Notes: generated by a model from the letters alone, not told the origin. A stretch of DNA of 56,829 bases from Candidatus Pacearchaeota archaeon (GCA_017609745.1 JAFCDK010000001.1:1-56829), one strand, 5' to 3'; counted from the stretch's first letter, positions 16,920 through 25,683 are shown. Numbers and translations: made by a program.

Positions 16920-17061
16920 TGCGGGAGAAAGGATTCGAACCTTCGCAGGCACTAAGCCAACACGGTTCTTCCGAACGCACTCATTTTATAAGTAAAACAC
17001 AAATGTTTTGTGTCTTCGCTCGCCCTTAACGTGTCCCGTTTGACCGCTCCGGCACTCCCGC
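16920..17061 (-). tRNA. tRNA-Leu (type II, long variable arm) with a ~58-nt intron in the anticodon loop; anticodon register ambiguous (AAG by geometry, UAA by alternative register)
   Basis: Reverse strand reads GCGGGAG-UG-CCG..GAGCGGUCAAA..CGG-G-ACACG-UUAAGG[intron 16966..17023]C-CGUGU-UGGCUUAGUGCCUGC-GAAGG-UUCGAAU-CCUUU-CUCCCGC-A. The D-arm and the 15-nt variable arm are collinear with the tRNA-Leu at 27271. Intron helix CGAGCG/CGUUCG, with 3-nt bulges at BHB spacing. Confidence 0.75.
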
Positions 17062-17077
17062 ACGATTTATTATAACT

Positions 17078-17848
17078 CTACTTCAACTTTTTTATGAGAT
17101 CCTTTAAATTTTTCTCTAATGCTTTAATTGCTTCTATTATAATTTTTTTAGGTTCTAATTGGCCAAAAGATTCAACAAAAAATACCATCTCATTCGTTAA
17201 ACTAAGTTTAACATTTTCTTCTCCTTTGTCTGTTTTTCCAAGTTCAACACAAGATTCACATATATCACATTTGTATGCTTCTTTTACAACAGGTTTTCCC
17301 CCATCAGCCAAAATTATTTTTTTAGGACAGACGTTTATATATTTCTGCATATTTTCTCCTTCACATTCTTTTGAAAATTCTATTTTTGGGACATTTCTAT
17401 AATAGAGGATTCCTGGAGAAAATTTTGGGTGTTTTATCCCTTTTCCTACTCTTGCAAAACAAATTAATTCCAATTCTTGGCTCTTTTCTAAAATTGTAAT
17501 TGGTATATCTTCAAAAACAGGTTTAACTTTTCCTTTTAACCCCTTTGCATAAACCGTGCAAGGACCTTTAACTTTTAGTTTTAATTCTGCAGTGCATTTT
17601 GCACAACCCTTTCCTTTGCATGTGCATTCATTAAATTTTATAAATATTTTATCTGTTGTTAAAGGAATCAATCCAATTCTATGAGCAATCAGTTCATCAT
17701 ATAAAGCAGAATCATTTTTATGAATTTCAACTTCATCAATAGCCAAAACAGGAATTTCATTAACACTTCGTCTAATAGCATTTGCTAAACTTTCTTCTAC
17801 TTCTGCGGTAAATGCAATTTGATTATCTTTTTTTTCTATTAATCTCAT
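17078..17848 (-). CDS. rpoD: DNA-directed RNA polymerase subunit D (Rpo3) with Fe-S-type cysteine domain
   Basis: 256 aa. LANAIRRSV..EIPVLAIDEVEI..NDSALYDELIAHRIGLIPL. A cysteine-rich insert (CPKKI...CDICESC). Canonical position after S11. Confidence 0.88.
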   Translation of the reverse strand: MRLIEKKDNQIAFTAEVEESLANAIRRSVNEIPVLAIDEVEIHKNDSALYDELIAHRIGLIPLTTDKIFIKFNECTCKGKGCAKCTAELKLKVKGPCTVYAKGLKGKVKPVFEDIPITILEKSQELELICFARVGKGIKHPKFSPGILYYRNVPKIEFSKECEGENMQKYINVCPKKIILADGGKPVVKEAYKCDICESCVELGKTDKGEENVKLSLTNEMVFFVESFGQLEPKKIIIEAIKALEKNLKDLIKKLK

Positions 17849-18117
17849 ATTAAAAACCTCGAAATCTCATAACTTAATTTTTTTCTTGATCTCTCTCTAA
17901 CAAGGCACTTTAACTGTTGGGTCCATCTCTCAGGCATTTCTTTTGGGACATAGCTCAAATTTTCTGCCATTTTTATTAATTTTCTTGCATTTCTTAACAT
18001 TATTTGTGTTGCAGTATAACGCTCTTTTGATATAAAATAAATCGCCTCTTCAAAATATTCTTCTATTTTTGAATTCATTCTCCCAATATTTTCAATTTGT
18101 CCTTTATCCATTTTCAT
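17845..18117 (-). CDS. small alpha-helical protein inserted between rps11 and rpoD (paralog of 15867..16163)
   Basis: 90-aa ORF whose stop overlaps the rpoD start by 4 nt. LIKMAENLSYVPKEMPERW aligns with LRLAHDLGYIPEETKDKW of the other copy. Confidence 0.5.
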   Translation of the reverse strand: MKMDKGQIENIGRMNSKIEEYFEEAIYFISKERYTATQIMLRNARKLIKMAENLSYVPKEMPERWTQQLKCLVRERSRKKLSYEISRFLI

Positions 18118-18157
18118 CTTATTTTTTCTTATATCTTTTATTTATTAAACTTTGCTT

Positions 18158-18547
18158 TTAAACTCTCCTACCTCTCCGCCCGCCTTTTTTCTTAGGTCCA
18201 CCACGAGGAATCTTTGTAGCATCTGTTATACTTATTATTCTAAACCCGGCTCTTGAAAGACTTTTTATTACAGAGTGGGCCCCAGGACCTGGAGCAGGAT
18301 TTCCTGTCTTTGCTTTTACTCTAACATATAATGAAGTTATTCCTTTATCTTTTGCAGTTTCTCCTGCTTTTTTTGCAACAAACATTGCAACAGTTGGATT
18401 AGCCTTAAGTCTATCATGTTTTGTAACCATACCTCCTGATACCCTCGAGATTGTTTTTCCAGACATATCTGTAATATGAACAATTGTATTATTAAATGAT
18501 GTATAAATATACACAATTCCAGCAATATCTTTTTTTTCTTTAGGCAT
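18158..18547 (-). CDS. rps11: 30S ribosomal protein uS11
   Basis: 129 aa. GIVYIYTSFNNTIVHITD..G, PGPGAHSVIKSLSRAGFRIISITDATKIPRGG. Confidence 0.92.
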   Translation of the reverse strand: MPKEKKDIAGIVYIYTSFNNTIVHITDMSGKTISRVSGGMVTKHDRLKANPTVAMFVAKKAGETAKDKGITSLYVRVKAKTGNPAPGPGAHSVIKSLSRAGFRIISITDATKIPRGGPKKKGGRRGRRV

Positions 18548-19073
18548 CTCCTTTTTCCTCCTCTGATTTATTCTCTTCTTTAATCTTCTCCTCTTCTTTT
18601 ACTCCAACCTTTTTCCGCTTTTTTAATTTTGCAGGTATTATTTCTATTTTATTTTCTTTATCTAAACTAATAATATAAGAAGGTGAATTTACTTTTTTTC
18701 CTTCAATCATTACTTTTTTATGGGTTATTAATTGTCTTGCTTGCTTCGGAGTTCTTGCCAGTTTTTTTTCAACTAAAATTGTTTGAAGCCGTCTTTTTAA
18801 AATATTTTCTTTATCTAATCCCAAAATATCCGCAATATTTTCAACTTTAAATCCAGTAGATATTAACTTTTGTATTAATTTTTGTTTTTCTTCTTCTGTT
18901 CCTGTAATTAATTTCTTTGCTTTGGTTCTTATTTTATTAATTTCAGCATCTGCTTTCCATATTTCTTTTTTATTTTTCAAACCATATCTTTTTATTAATA
19001 TGTTTTCTTCTTCAATTCGCACTTTATCGAATTTTTTTCTTGGTTTATTATATTTTTTCTTTTTTCGTTTCAT
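18540..19073 (-). CDS. rps4: 30S ribosomal protein uS4
   Basis: 177 aa. YGLKNKKEIWKA, RRLQTILVEKKLARTPKQARQLITHKKVMIEGKKVNSPSYII (S4 domain). Confidence 0.9.
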   Translation of the reverse strand: MKRKKKKYNKPRKKFDKVRIEEENILIKRYGLKNKKEIWKADAEINKIRTKAKKLITGTEEEKQKLIQKLISTGFKVENIADILGLDKENILKRRLQTILVEKKLARTPKQARQLITHKKVMIEGKKVNSPSYIISLDKENKIEIIPAKLKKRKKVGVKEEEKIKEENKSEEEKGDA

Positions 19074-19651
19074 CCTTTCTTACCTGATTTTCTTTTTACA
19101 TGAACACCCACCGCTTTCCCCTTACTTCTAAAATGAGCCTTTGTTCTCTGCCCCCTTACTGGAAGCCCAACAGAGTGCCTTTTTCCTCTATAAGACCTTA
19201 TTTTTTTAAGTCGTTTAATATCAAAACTTTTAACAAGATCTAAATCACTTACTGATAAGTGCTTATCTTTTCCAGTTTCCAAATCTTTTCGTCTATTTAA
19301 TAAAAAAGCCGGCAGTTCAGGATTTTTTATAAATTCTTCTATTTTTTTTATCTCTTCTTTTGTTAACTCTTCTGTTTTCTTGTTTTTATCTATTCTCAAC
19401 TTTTTGCATAAAGCATTTGCAAAACTCCAAGAAACCCCCTTTATTCGGGTTAAGCCAGCATAAATTTTTTTACTTCCAGGAATATCGGTTGACATAATTC
19501 TAACTAATATCTGATCTAAAAACTTTGCTTCTGTAGCTTTTTGAGATTCTTTGGGTTTTCCAAATCTTGCCTTTTCTTTTTTTCCAACCTTTTCCTTTTG
19601 CCTTTTTTGTTTTGTTCTGCTTTTTTCTTGTTTTAATTTTCCTTTTGCCAT
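19070..19651 (-). CDS. rps13: 30S ribosomal protein uS13 with ~40-aa lysine-rich N-terminal extension
   Basis: 193 aa. The conserved core starts near ILVRIMSTDIPGSKKIYAGLTRIKGVSWSFANA, followed by YRGKRHSVGLPVRGQRTK. It is preceded by MAKGKLKQEKSRTKQKRQKEKVGKKEKARFGKPKESQ. Confidence 0.88.
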   Translation of the reverse strand: MAKGKLKQEKSRTKQKRQKEKVGKKEKARFGKPKESQKATEAKFLDQILVRIMSTDIPGSKKIYAGLTRIKGVSWSFANALCKKLRIDKNKKTEELTKEEIKKIEEFIKNPELPAFLLNRRKDLETGKDKHLSVSDLDLVKSFDIKRLKKIRSYRGKRHSVGLPVRGQRTKAHFRSKGKAVGVHVKRKSGKKG

Positions 19652-19652
19652 C

Positions 19653-20192
19653 TTATCTTACAAATAAATTATGCCTTTCTATATTTGTTAATTCCTGAAT
19701 TATTCTTTTTTTTACTGCATTTGCTGGATCTGGAAGACTGGGAATTCTTGTTTTTATATCTTCAAAAGATTTAAATGCACTTTTCTTTCTTGCCTCTAAA
19801 ATTTCCTTCATATGTTTTTTTCCAAATCCTTGAAATAATTCCAATTGGTGCAAACGAGTATTTATTGCTTCAGCTATATTAAAAAACTCAACAAAATGTT
19901 TTTCCCGTTTTTTTATAATTTCTTCTATATATTCCTGCATTTGCATTTTTGCTGTTTCTGTTAGTTTTTCTCTGGGTAGTCTTCCAAGAATATAATATAT
20001 TTTATCTCTTTTGCCGTCACCAATATATACTTTTTCTTTTAATTGTAATGTTATTCCTCGTCTAGGAATTAATTGAAGAAGTGTGAAATTTTTTTCACCA
20101 ATCGCTTGAGCTATAGGGACCATTTTTCCTTCTAATGGATAACCGTATGGCAGGTAATCTAATATGAGTGCAAATTCTTCTTTTTCTTTCAT
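19653..20192 (-). CDS. DUF655/COG1491 OB-fold plus helix-hairpin-helix nucleic-acid-binding protein
   Basis: 179 aa. ILDYLPYGYP...IAQAIGEKNFTLLQL, FFN.A..INTRLHQLELFQGFGKKHMKEILEARKK.F.SFEDI. Conserved archaeal neighbour of L21e-RpoF. Confidence 0.7.
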   Translation of the reverse strand: MKEKEEFALILDYLPYGYPLEGKMVPIAQAIGEKNFTLLQLIPRRGITLQLKEKVYIGDGKRDKIYYILGRLPREKLTETAKMQMQEYIEEIIKKREKHFVEFFNIAEAINTRLHQLELFQGFGKKHMKEILEARKKSAFKSFEDIKTRIPSLPDPANAVKKRIIQELTNIERHNLFVR

Positions 20193-20197
20193 TTTCT

Positions 20198-20497
20198 CTA
20201 TTTGTTTTTAACAATTTCAAGTATTTTATTGATTTCATCCTCTGTTAAATTGACATCAGTGAATATTTTGTTAACATCTGAAGCATCTTCTGGAAGCAAA
20301 TCAATTATTTTTACAATATCCTCTGACTTTATTTTCAAGTTATCAAGTGCTTCTAATTCTTTTCTTATTTTTTCTGCTTGTTTTAAATTTATCTTTCCAA
20401 ATTTCTTTAAGTAAGCAGAAATATCTTTCTTTTCTTCTAGTTTTTCAACTATGTTTTTTACTTCTACTAAACTTAATTGTTTTTGTTCGTGAATCAT
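20198..20497 (-). CDS. rpoF: RNA polymerase subunit F (Rpo4)
   Basis: 99 aa. IVKIIDLLPEDASDVNKIF...TEDEINKILEIV matches the Rpo4 C-terminal pattern. Located in the L21e-RpoF-DUF655 synteny. Confidence 0.65.
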   Translation of the reverse strand: MIHEQKQLSLVEVKNIVEKLEEKKDISAYLKKFGKINLKQAEKIRKELEALDNLKIKSEDIVKIIDLLPEDASDVNKIFTDVNLTEDEINKILEIVKNK

Positions 20498-20498
20498 T

Positions 20499-20795
20499 TT
20501 ATTTTTTTTCAGATATTTTAATCTGTGCTTTTTGACTTGTTTTTATTTTTTTTAAATGAATAGGATGTATTATAAATTTTTTCTCTCTACTTAAATCTTT
20601 TATTTCTACAATATATGCCTTTCCCCTTTCACCAATTATTTTGCCTGTTTTTCCTTGAAGTCTTTTTGGAAAACCAATCCCTCCCTTTGCTCCAAGTTCT
20701 CTTTTAACTGCTACTTTATCTCCTTTTTTCAGTTTTTTAAAGTATTCACTAAATCTAATTTTACCTTTTTCTCTAACTTTCTTACGTTTTAACAT
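20499..20795 (-). CDS. rpl21e: 50S ribosomal protein L21e
   Basis: 98 aa. F.KGDKVAVKRE...GFPKRLQGKTGKIIGERGKAYIVEIKD..KEKKFIIHPIHLKKI. Confidence 0.85.
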   Translation of the reverse strand: MLKRKKVREKGKIRFSEYFKKLKKGDKVAVKRELGAKGGIGFPKRLQGKTGKIIGERGKAYIVEIKDLSREKKFIIHPIHLKKIKTSQKAQIKISEKK

Positions 20796-20889
20796 TTTAA
20801 ATATTCTTGTTTTTTTGGATTTGCCTTAATTTATATATATAATATAGACACAGAAAAAGCCTTTAAAAGCCTTTTGAACCTAACCTCTT

Positions 20890-21288
20890 TTAAATTTTCT
20901 TATTCCAAGAATAAACAAAAAACAATCTGCTTTCTCTTAATCTTTCTGGGAAATATACTCTTTGGGGATCTTCTTTTTTTTCTGCCATAATATCTTGTTC
21001 TTCATATTCTTGTGCAAGTTTAATAGCTTCTGCTAATTCTCTTTTTGCTTGATTAAATAAACTAGAATTCATATTTCTAAGAAGTTTCTCTGGAATCTCT
21101 TCAGCTTCTGATAATATTTTTTTTAAACCTTCACTACCACCATATAATTTATATCCCTCTGCAATTGAGGCAGCATTTTTAGTACAAATACTCATGATAC
21201 TGCGATATACTATTGCATATTTTACTATTTTTTCTCCATTATACAATCTATATTTTCTTGGTAATTCAAAACCTTTTTCTTTATTCAT
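20890..21288 (-). CDS. hypothetical protein
   Basis: 132-aa ORF with no recognised motif. Confidence 0.35.
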   Translation of the reverse strand: MNKEKGFELPRKYRLYNGEKIVKYAIVYRSIMSICTKNAASIAEGYKLYGGSEGLKKILSEAEEIPEKLLRNMNSSLFNQAKRELAEAIKLAQEYEEQDIMAEKKEDPQRVYFPERLRESRLFFVYSWNKKI

Positions 21289-21319
21289 TTTTTAATTAAA
21301 AAATCTTTTTTTATAAGAA

Positions 21320-21514
21320 TTATTGTAATTCAATATCTTCATTTTCAAATACACTCCCTTGGTCTAAATCTCCTTTGATACGCGCTTCTTCCATGTTGCG
21401 GATTATAGCACTAAACATAATTGGGCCCCAAACACTATGCCCGCATTTTTCACAAACATCCACAACACAAGAATTATCTAATTCTTTTCCACAATATATG
21501 CATTTTTTCACCAC
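21320..21514 (-). CDS. small zinc-ribbon protein
   Basis: 64 aa. CIYCGKEL...CEKCGHSVWG forms a CxxC..CxxC ribbon. Confidence 0.45.
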   Translation of the reverse strand: MVKKCIYCGKELDNSCVVDVCEKCGHSVWGPIMFSAIIRNMEEARIKGDLDQGSVFENEDIELQ

Positions 21515-21643
21515 TTTTTATTTCTCCAAGAATATTTGACAGAAAGATTGTTTTTAAATTTTTGTGTAATCAACCTTGAGTCAATTTCAAAAGAAATGTC
21601 GTAAGAAAACTGCCAAATTGTTTATTACCCATATCTTAGCGCA

Positions 21644-22744
21644 TCAATCACTTCCGATTCTTTCTTTGATATTACTAATAATCATTGTTTTTCCTTTCTG
21701 GATATAAGGCAAGGATTTTTTTATTGCATTTGTTACTTCGTTTTTTAAAATCTTCGTTTTACTATAATCAGATGCATAACCCACTAATTCCATAAATCCT
21801 TCACCTTTAACTTTTTTATTATTGACAAACCCCTTAATTTTTAATGGTCCTTCCCAATAGTTTATTGTTCCAAATATAATTTCTTGTGAGGGATTTTTCA
21901 TTAATGGTTCAACTTTTAATTTAATTTTTTCTGAAGGAATTTTAATTTCCCAGGATAAAGGATATGTGGTTCCTGTTCTTTTACTTTTCCATTTTTCTCC
22001 AAGTGATTTTAACTCAAATTTAGAAATATGTTTGTGTTTATCATTTGGATAAGAGATACTTGCCAAATAACTTTTATTTTTTCTATCATCATACTCAAAA
22101 CAAACTATTTCAATATTATTATCTAATTGTATTGAAAACCAAGTCCATTTATTTTCATTATATGGAACATCTGCCCATTGATGGTCCATCCAAGACTTTC
22201 CTTTAACATCTATCCATTTATCTTGAATCTTTATTCTTCCCTCGGTTTTTAAATTAGTTAAAGAATAATAATATGTTTTATCTGGATTCAAATCTATAAA
22301 TCCCTTCCCACCTTCTAACAAAGGTTTTTTTACTGAAGTTAAAATTAAATCAATGTTTTTTGTTTTGATATGGTATTTAAATTTTCCAGTTTTTTCTATT
22401 ATGTAATTTATATATCCTTCAAGAGATGGCTGAGTATAATTTATAAAAAGCAAAGGCTTTGAAAAACTATCTGTAGAGATAATAGAGACTGGATTTATTT
22501 CTGAATAAAATTTTTTATTTTTTATGTCTGATAAAAGCGAATGAGAAAAATGAACTGTTTTAAATGGAACCTTCAAAAAAGGAATTTTAACTTTTGTTGC
22601 ATCTGCTTTAAACAAACAATCCATAAAAGCATATTTATTCCCTTTTTTATCTTTTAAATTGCCATTAAAATACCACCACTCAATTATATTATTATGTGCA
22701 GATTCATCTTCTGGAAATTTTATTTTTTGATATTTCATTTTCAT
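21644..22744 (-). CDS. AttH/CrtC-like lipocalin-fold protein (COG5621-type predicted hydrolase)
   Basis: FPEDESAHNNIIEWWYFNGNLKDKKGNKY.F is the hallmark N-terminus of the AttH/hydroxyneurosporene-synthase-like family. W.DHQW is present. The start is set at the Met at 22744 (ATGA overlap with the upstream gene) rather than 22804. Confidence 0.6.
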   Translation of the reverse strand: MKMKYQKIKFPEDESAHNNIIEWWYFNGNLKDKKGNKYAFMDCLFKADATKVKIPFLKVPFKTVHFSHSLLSDIKNKKFYSEINPVSIISTDSFSKPLLFINYTQPSLEGYINYIIEKTGKFKYHIKTKNIDLILTSVKKPLLEGGKGFIDLNPDKTYYYSLTNLKTEGRIKIQDKWIDVKGKSWMDHQWADVPYNENKWTWFSIQLDNNIEIVCFEYDDRKNKSYLASISYPNDKHKHISKFELKSLGEKWKSKRTGTTYPLSWEIKIPSEKIKLKVEPLMKNPSQEIIFGTINYWEGPLKIKGFVNNKKVKGEGFMELVGYASDYSKTKILKNEVTNAIKKSLPYIQKGKTMIISNIKERIGSD

Positions 22745-23157
22745 ATTAATATAATTAGCACCTGAACACACCCCATTAAAAATCCAATCACCCCCCCAGC
22801 CCAAATAACAAAATTTAATTCTTTTTTTGTAGCTTGTATCACAGCTTTTTCAACTTCATCTTCATTTAAACTATTTATTTTATTTTCTACTCCTTTCTTA
22901 AAATAATCTATTAATTTAGAATAAGTTATATTCCCTATATAACGAATTTCTTTTATTTTATCAAAAGATTTAGGAAGAATAATCGGACTAACTTCACCTA
23001 TTCTTTCTGCAATCTGTTTTTTTCTTTTTGGTAAGATTCCTTGTATCCCAAAAATTCTTTTTCTTGGTCTAAATAACATTTTTATTGCAATCCAATTTGT
23101 TATTAAGCCGATTATTGCTCCAATAAATGGGATTAAGATTATTTTAATTTCTATCAT
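22741..23157 (-). CDS. DUF445-family membrane protein
   Basis: 138 aa. IPFIGAIIGLITNWIAIKMLFRPRKRIFGIQGILPKRKKQIAERIGE is the typical DUF445 N-terminus. A C-terminal TM helix is present. Confidence 0.55.
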   Translation of the reverse strand: MIEIKIILIPFIGAIIGLITNWIAIKMLFRPRKRIFGIQGILPKRKKQIAERIGEVSPIILPKSFDKIKEIRYIGNITYSKLIDYFKKGVENKINSLNEDEVEKAVIQATKKELNFVIWAGGVIGFLMGCVQVLIILI

Positions 23158-23183
23158 TTTTATTTTACTAGTAATCTAAGTAA

Positions 23184-23453
23184 TTATTTCTTACTTAGCT
23201 GTTTGGTCTCATCTTTTGCTTTTTGTTTTAGTCTTTTATCAGCTTCGCTCTTAATCTCCCTTAAAGTAACTAACCCTTTAATTAAGGACTCTCTCGCTAC
23301 ATCAGAAATCTTTGTTAAAGACTCTTTTGTTATATCTATTGTGGTGTTTCTTGCTACCACAGCCCTCTTCATCAAATGATAGACTGGCTCTGGTACTTCA
23401 AAGGTTATTTTTCTTTTCTTTATTTTTTTTGTTTCCATTTTTCTTATTTGCAT
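23184..23453 (-). CDS. hypothetical protein, possible ribbon-helix-helix
   Basis: 89 aa. KITFEVPEPVYHLMKRAVVARNTT fits a beta-strand/helix RHH start. Weak. Confidence 0.3.
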   Translation of the reverse strand: MQIRKMETKKIKKRKITFEVPEPVYHLMKRAVVARNTTIDITKESLTKISDVARESLIKGLVTLREIKSEADKRLKQKAKDETKQLSKK

Positions 23454-23579
23454 ATTTACTTATTATCTTAAAATAAGATAATAAGGATTTATAAGTTTTT
23501 CTATATTCTACTAGTCATTTCTTCGCGCCATCCACACCTTAAGATTACGACATTTATTCGTGGTTGTAGGAAGCACATA

Positions 23580-24791
23580 CTACCCATATCTTAGCGCATC
23601 AACAGGTTTCATTTTAGATGCCTGCATTGCTGGTAAAAGTCCTGAAACACTCCCAATTACAAAACTAAATAATAAAACAGAAAAAATTATAATTGGGTCA
23701 AAAGTTATTTTCAAAAGAACAATTCCATAAAAATTAACCACTATATATTCAATCCCTTTGCTTATTCCAATTCCTAAACAAAGCCCAATCACACCCCCTA
23801 TCAATCCAATCAGTCCAGATTCAATTAAAAAGATAAGTAAAATATCAGCGTTCCTTGCCCCAACAGCTTTCATAGTCCCTATTTCTTTTGTTCGTTCTAA
23901 TACAGAAGTATACATTGTATTCATTATGCCTATGCTACCAACAAATAAAGCAATAGAAGCAATTCCAATAAATACTGCTTGAACAACTCCGAGAATGTTT
24001 CCAAAAGTTTCAAGCAACTGCTCAGCTGTAGATACAGAAAAACTTTCCTCCCCATCCTTTTCACCCCTCTCTTTTCTCAAACGTTTTTTTATTTTTTCTG
24101 CAACCGCCCCAGTTTCTCCTTCCTTTGTTTGAACATAAATCATAGAAACTTCATTTGGATTCTTTACCATTTCTTTCATAACTTCATTTGAAATATAGAT
24201 AGACATATCATCTTGCGGATTTCCACTTGCTTTTAAAATTCCCACAACTTCAAATTTCTTGCCTTCAATTTCTAATTTGCTTCCAAGCCCAACTTTTTTC
24301 TCATAAATTTCATGAAATCTTGAGCCTACAACTGCCTTATATTTATCATCTTGTTTTAAGTTTTTTCCTTTTTCTACTTTAAAACTTGATAAATGTCCAA
24401 ACAATTGTTCAATATCTCTTGGCTCAAAACTATATAAAAATAAATTTTCAGTTTCATCTCCATATTTAATTGATGTTGGATGCATAATTAGAGGAGAAGC
24501 TAGCGCTACTCCATTAATTTTATTAATTATATCCACATCCTTTTGTGTTATTGGTTTCCCACTTATAGAAGATGCCATTGGACTTGCAACTGGTCCTGCT
24601 TTTCCCATAACCATCACAAGATTTGTCCCCATTTCTTCAAACTGCGCATTAATATAATTCTCTAATCCTTGTCCAAGACTTATAAACGCAACAATTGCAG
24701 CAATACCTATAAAAATTCCAAGTATAGTTAACCAACTTCTTAGTTTCCGTCTTTTTAAATTATTAAATGCGAGGAAGAAAAAGTTTTTCAT
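23580..24791 (-). CDS. ABC transporter permease, MacB/FtsX family
   Basis: 403 aa. N-terminal LRRRKLRSWLTILGIFIGIAAIV, a periplasmic MacB-type domain, C-terminal FtsX helices and the ending PAMQASKMKPVDALRYG. Confidence 0.85.
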   Translation of the reverse strand: MKNFFFLAFNNLKRRKLRSWLTILGIFIGIAAIVAFISLGQGLENYINAQFEEMGTNLVMVMGKAGPVASPMASSISGKPITQKDVDIINKINGVALASPLIMHPTSIKYGDETENLFLYSFEPRDIEQLFGHLSSFKVEKGKNLKQDDKYKAVVGSRFHEIYEKKVGLGSKLEIEGKKFEVVGILKASGNPQDDMSIYISNEVMKEMVKNPNEVSMIYVQTKEGETGAVAEKIKKRLRKERGEKDGEESFSVSTAEQLLETFGNILGVVQAVFIGIASIALFVGSIGIMNTMYTSVLERTKEIGTMKAVGARNADILLIFLIESGLIGLIGGVIGLCLGIGISKGIEYIVVNFYGIVLLKITFDPIIIFSVLLFSFVIGSVSGLLPAMQASKMKPVDALRYG

Positions 24792-24798
24792 TTTTACT

Positions 24799-25683
24799 TC
24801 AGTTACTTTTTATTTTTTTATTTTTTTTTCTTTTCTTAATTTTCCTATAAACAAACCAAATTATAACTATCGCAATTATAATTCCTGCATAAAGTCCAGC
24901 ATTACTTTTTTTAATTAAACCAAGTTCAATTGCTTCTTTTTTTGTATATGTTTTTAGTCTTATTTCAACAAATTCTGTATATAATTTATTTGTAGCATCT
25001 CTATAATTTAATTGCACAGGAAAATTAATTAAATTCTTTGCTTCTGATTCTATAAAAATATCAAATGTTGCACCATCAAAATCATCACTTTCAATATCTC
25101 CTAAATAAACTTTTTTTGAACTTAAAATCCTTATTCCATTAACATCTTTCACTTCTATTCCTAAAAATTTAACTTCTGTTAATCCTGTATTTGTTATTTT
25201 AATATTAATTTCATTTCTTTTTCCTTTAATCAATTCCCCTTCATAATCTAATTGCAATTCTGGTTTAGCATTTATTGTCAAACTAATATAACTTGTTTTT
25301 TCAATAGGAGTTTTATTTTCATCTAAAATATAAGATATTAATACAGGAATTTTATATACTCCCGCCTTTGCATTTGATAATGCAACTAATTCAAATTTAA
25401 CATCTTCTGTATCTTCATCATCAATTTCTTCTATTGTTTTTTCTGTGCTTGACTTATATGGTGCAAATTCAGACACTTCTGAAAGATCTAAGCCGACAAC
25501 AATATTTTCTAAATCTTCTCCAACTTCATTTTCAATAGTTAATGTAATTTTTACTGTTTTTCCAGGTGCAACTTCATTTGGGGTTGAATATACATTTTTA
25601 ATAGTAAGAGCTGTAACTGCTGGGAGGATTAGCATAGCTAATAAAATTCCTATAAAAATTGTTGTTTGTGTTTTTGTTTTCAT
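24799..25683 (-). CDS. secreted/anchored beta-rich surface protein (COG1361/CARDB-like) of the ABC operon
   Basis: 294 aa. N-terminal signal/TM, repeated beta-sandwich-like segments ([20 protein letters not shown]; [22 protein letters not shown]), C-terminal TM plus KKRKKNKK. Sandwiched between the ATPase and the permease. Confidence 0.4.
   Translation of the reverse strand: MKTKTQTTIFIGILLAMLILPAVTALTIKNVYSTPNEVAPGKTVKITLTIENEVGEDLENIVVGLDLSEVSEFAPYKSSTEKTIEEIDDEDTEDVKFELVALSNAKAGVYKIPVLISYILDENKTPIEKTSYISLTINAKPELQLDYEGELIKGKRNEINIKITNTGLTEVKFLGIEVKDVNGIRILSSKKVYLGDIESDDFDGATFDIFIESEAKNLINFPVQLNYRDATNKLYTEFVEIRLKTYTKKEAIELGLIKKSNAGLYAGIIIAIVIIWFVYRKIKKRKKNKKIKSN

Noticed and set aside
16537-16995. 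152-aa plus-strand ORF, plus similar antisense ORFs (for example 2041..2277, 5208..5861, 6622..6843, 14128..14553, 17094..17402, 20202..20535, 23758..24191, 25445..26007, 43981..44397, 45822..46088, 48996..49316)
   Set aside because: All lie antisense to or overlapping well-supported genes. They have low-complexity, Phe/Ile/Ser-rich translations typical of AT-rich shadow frames.
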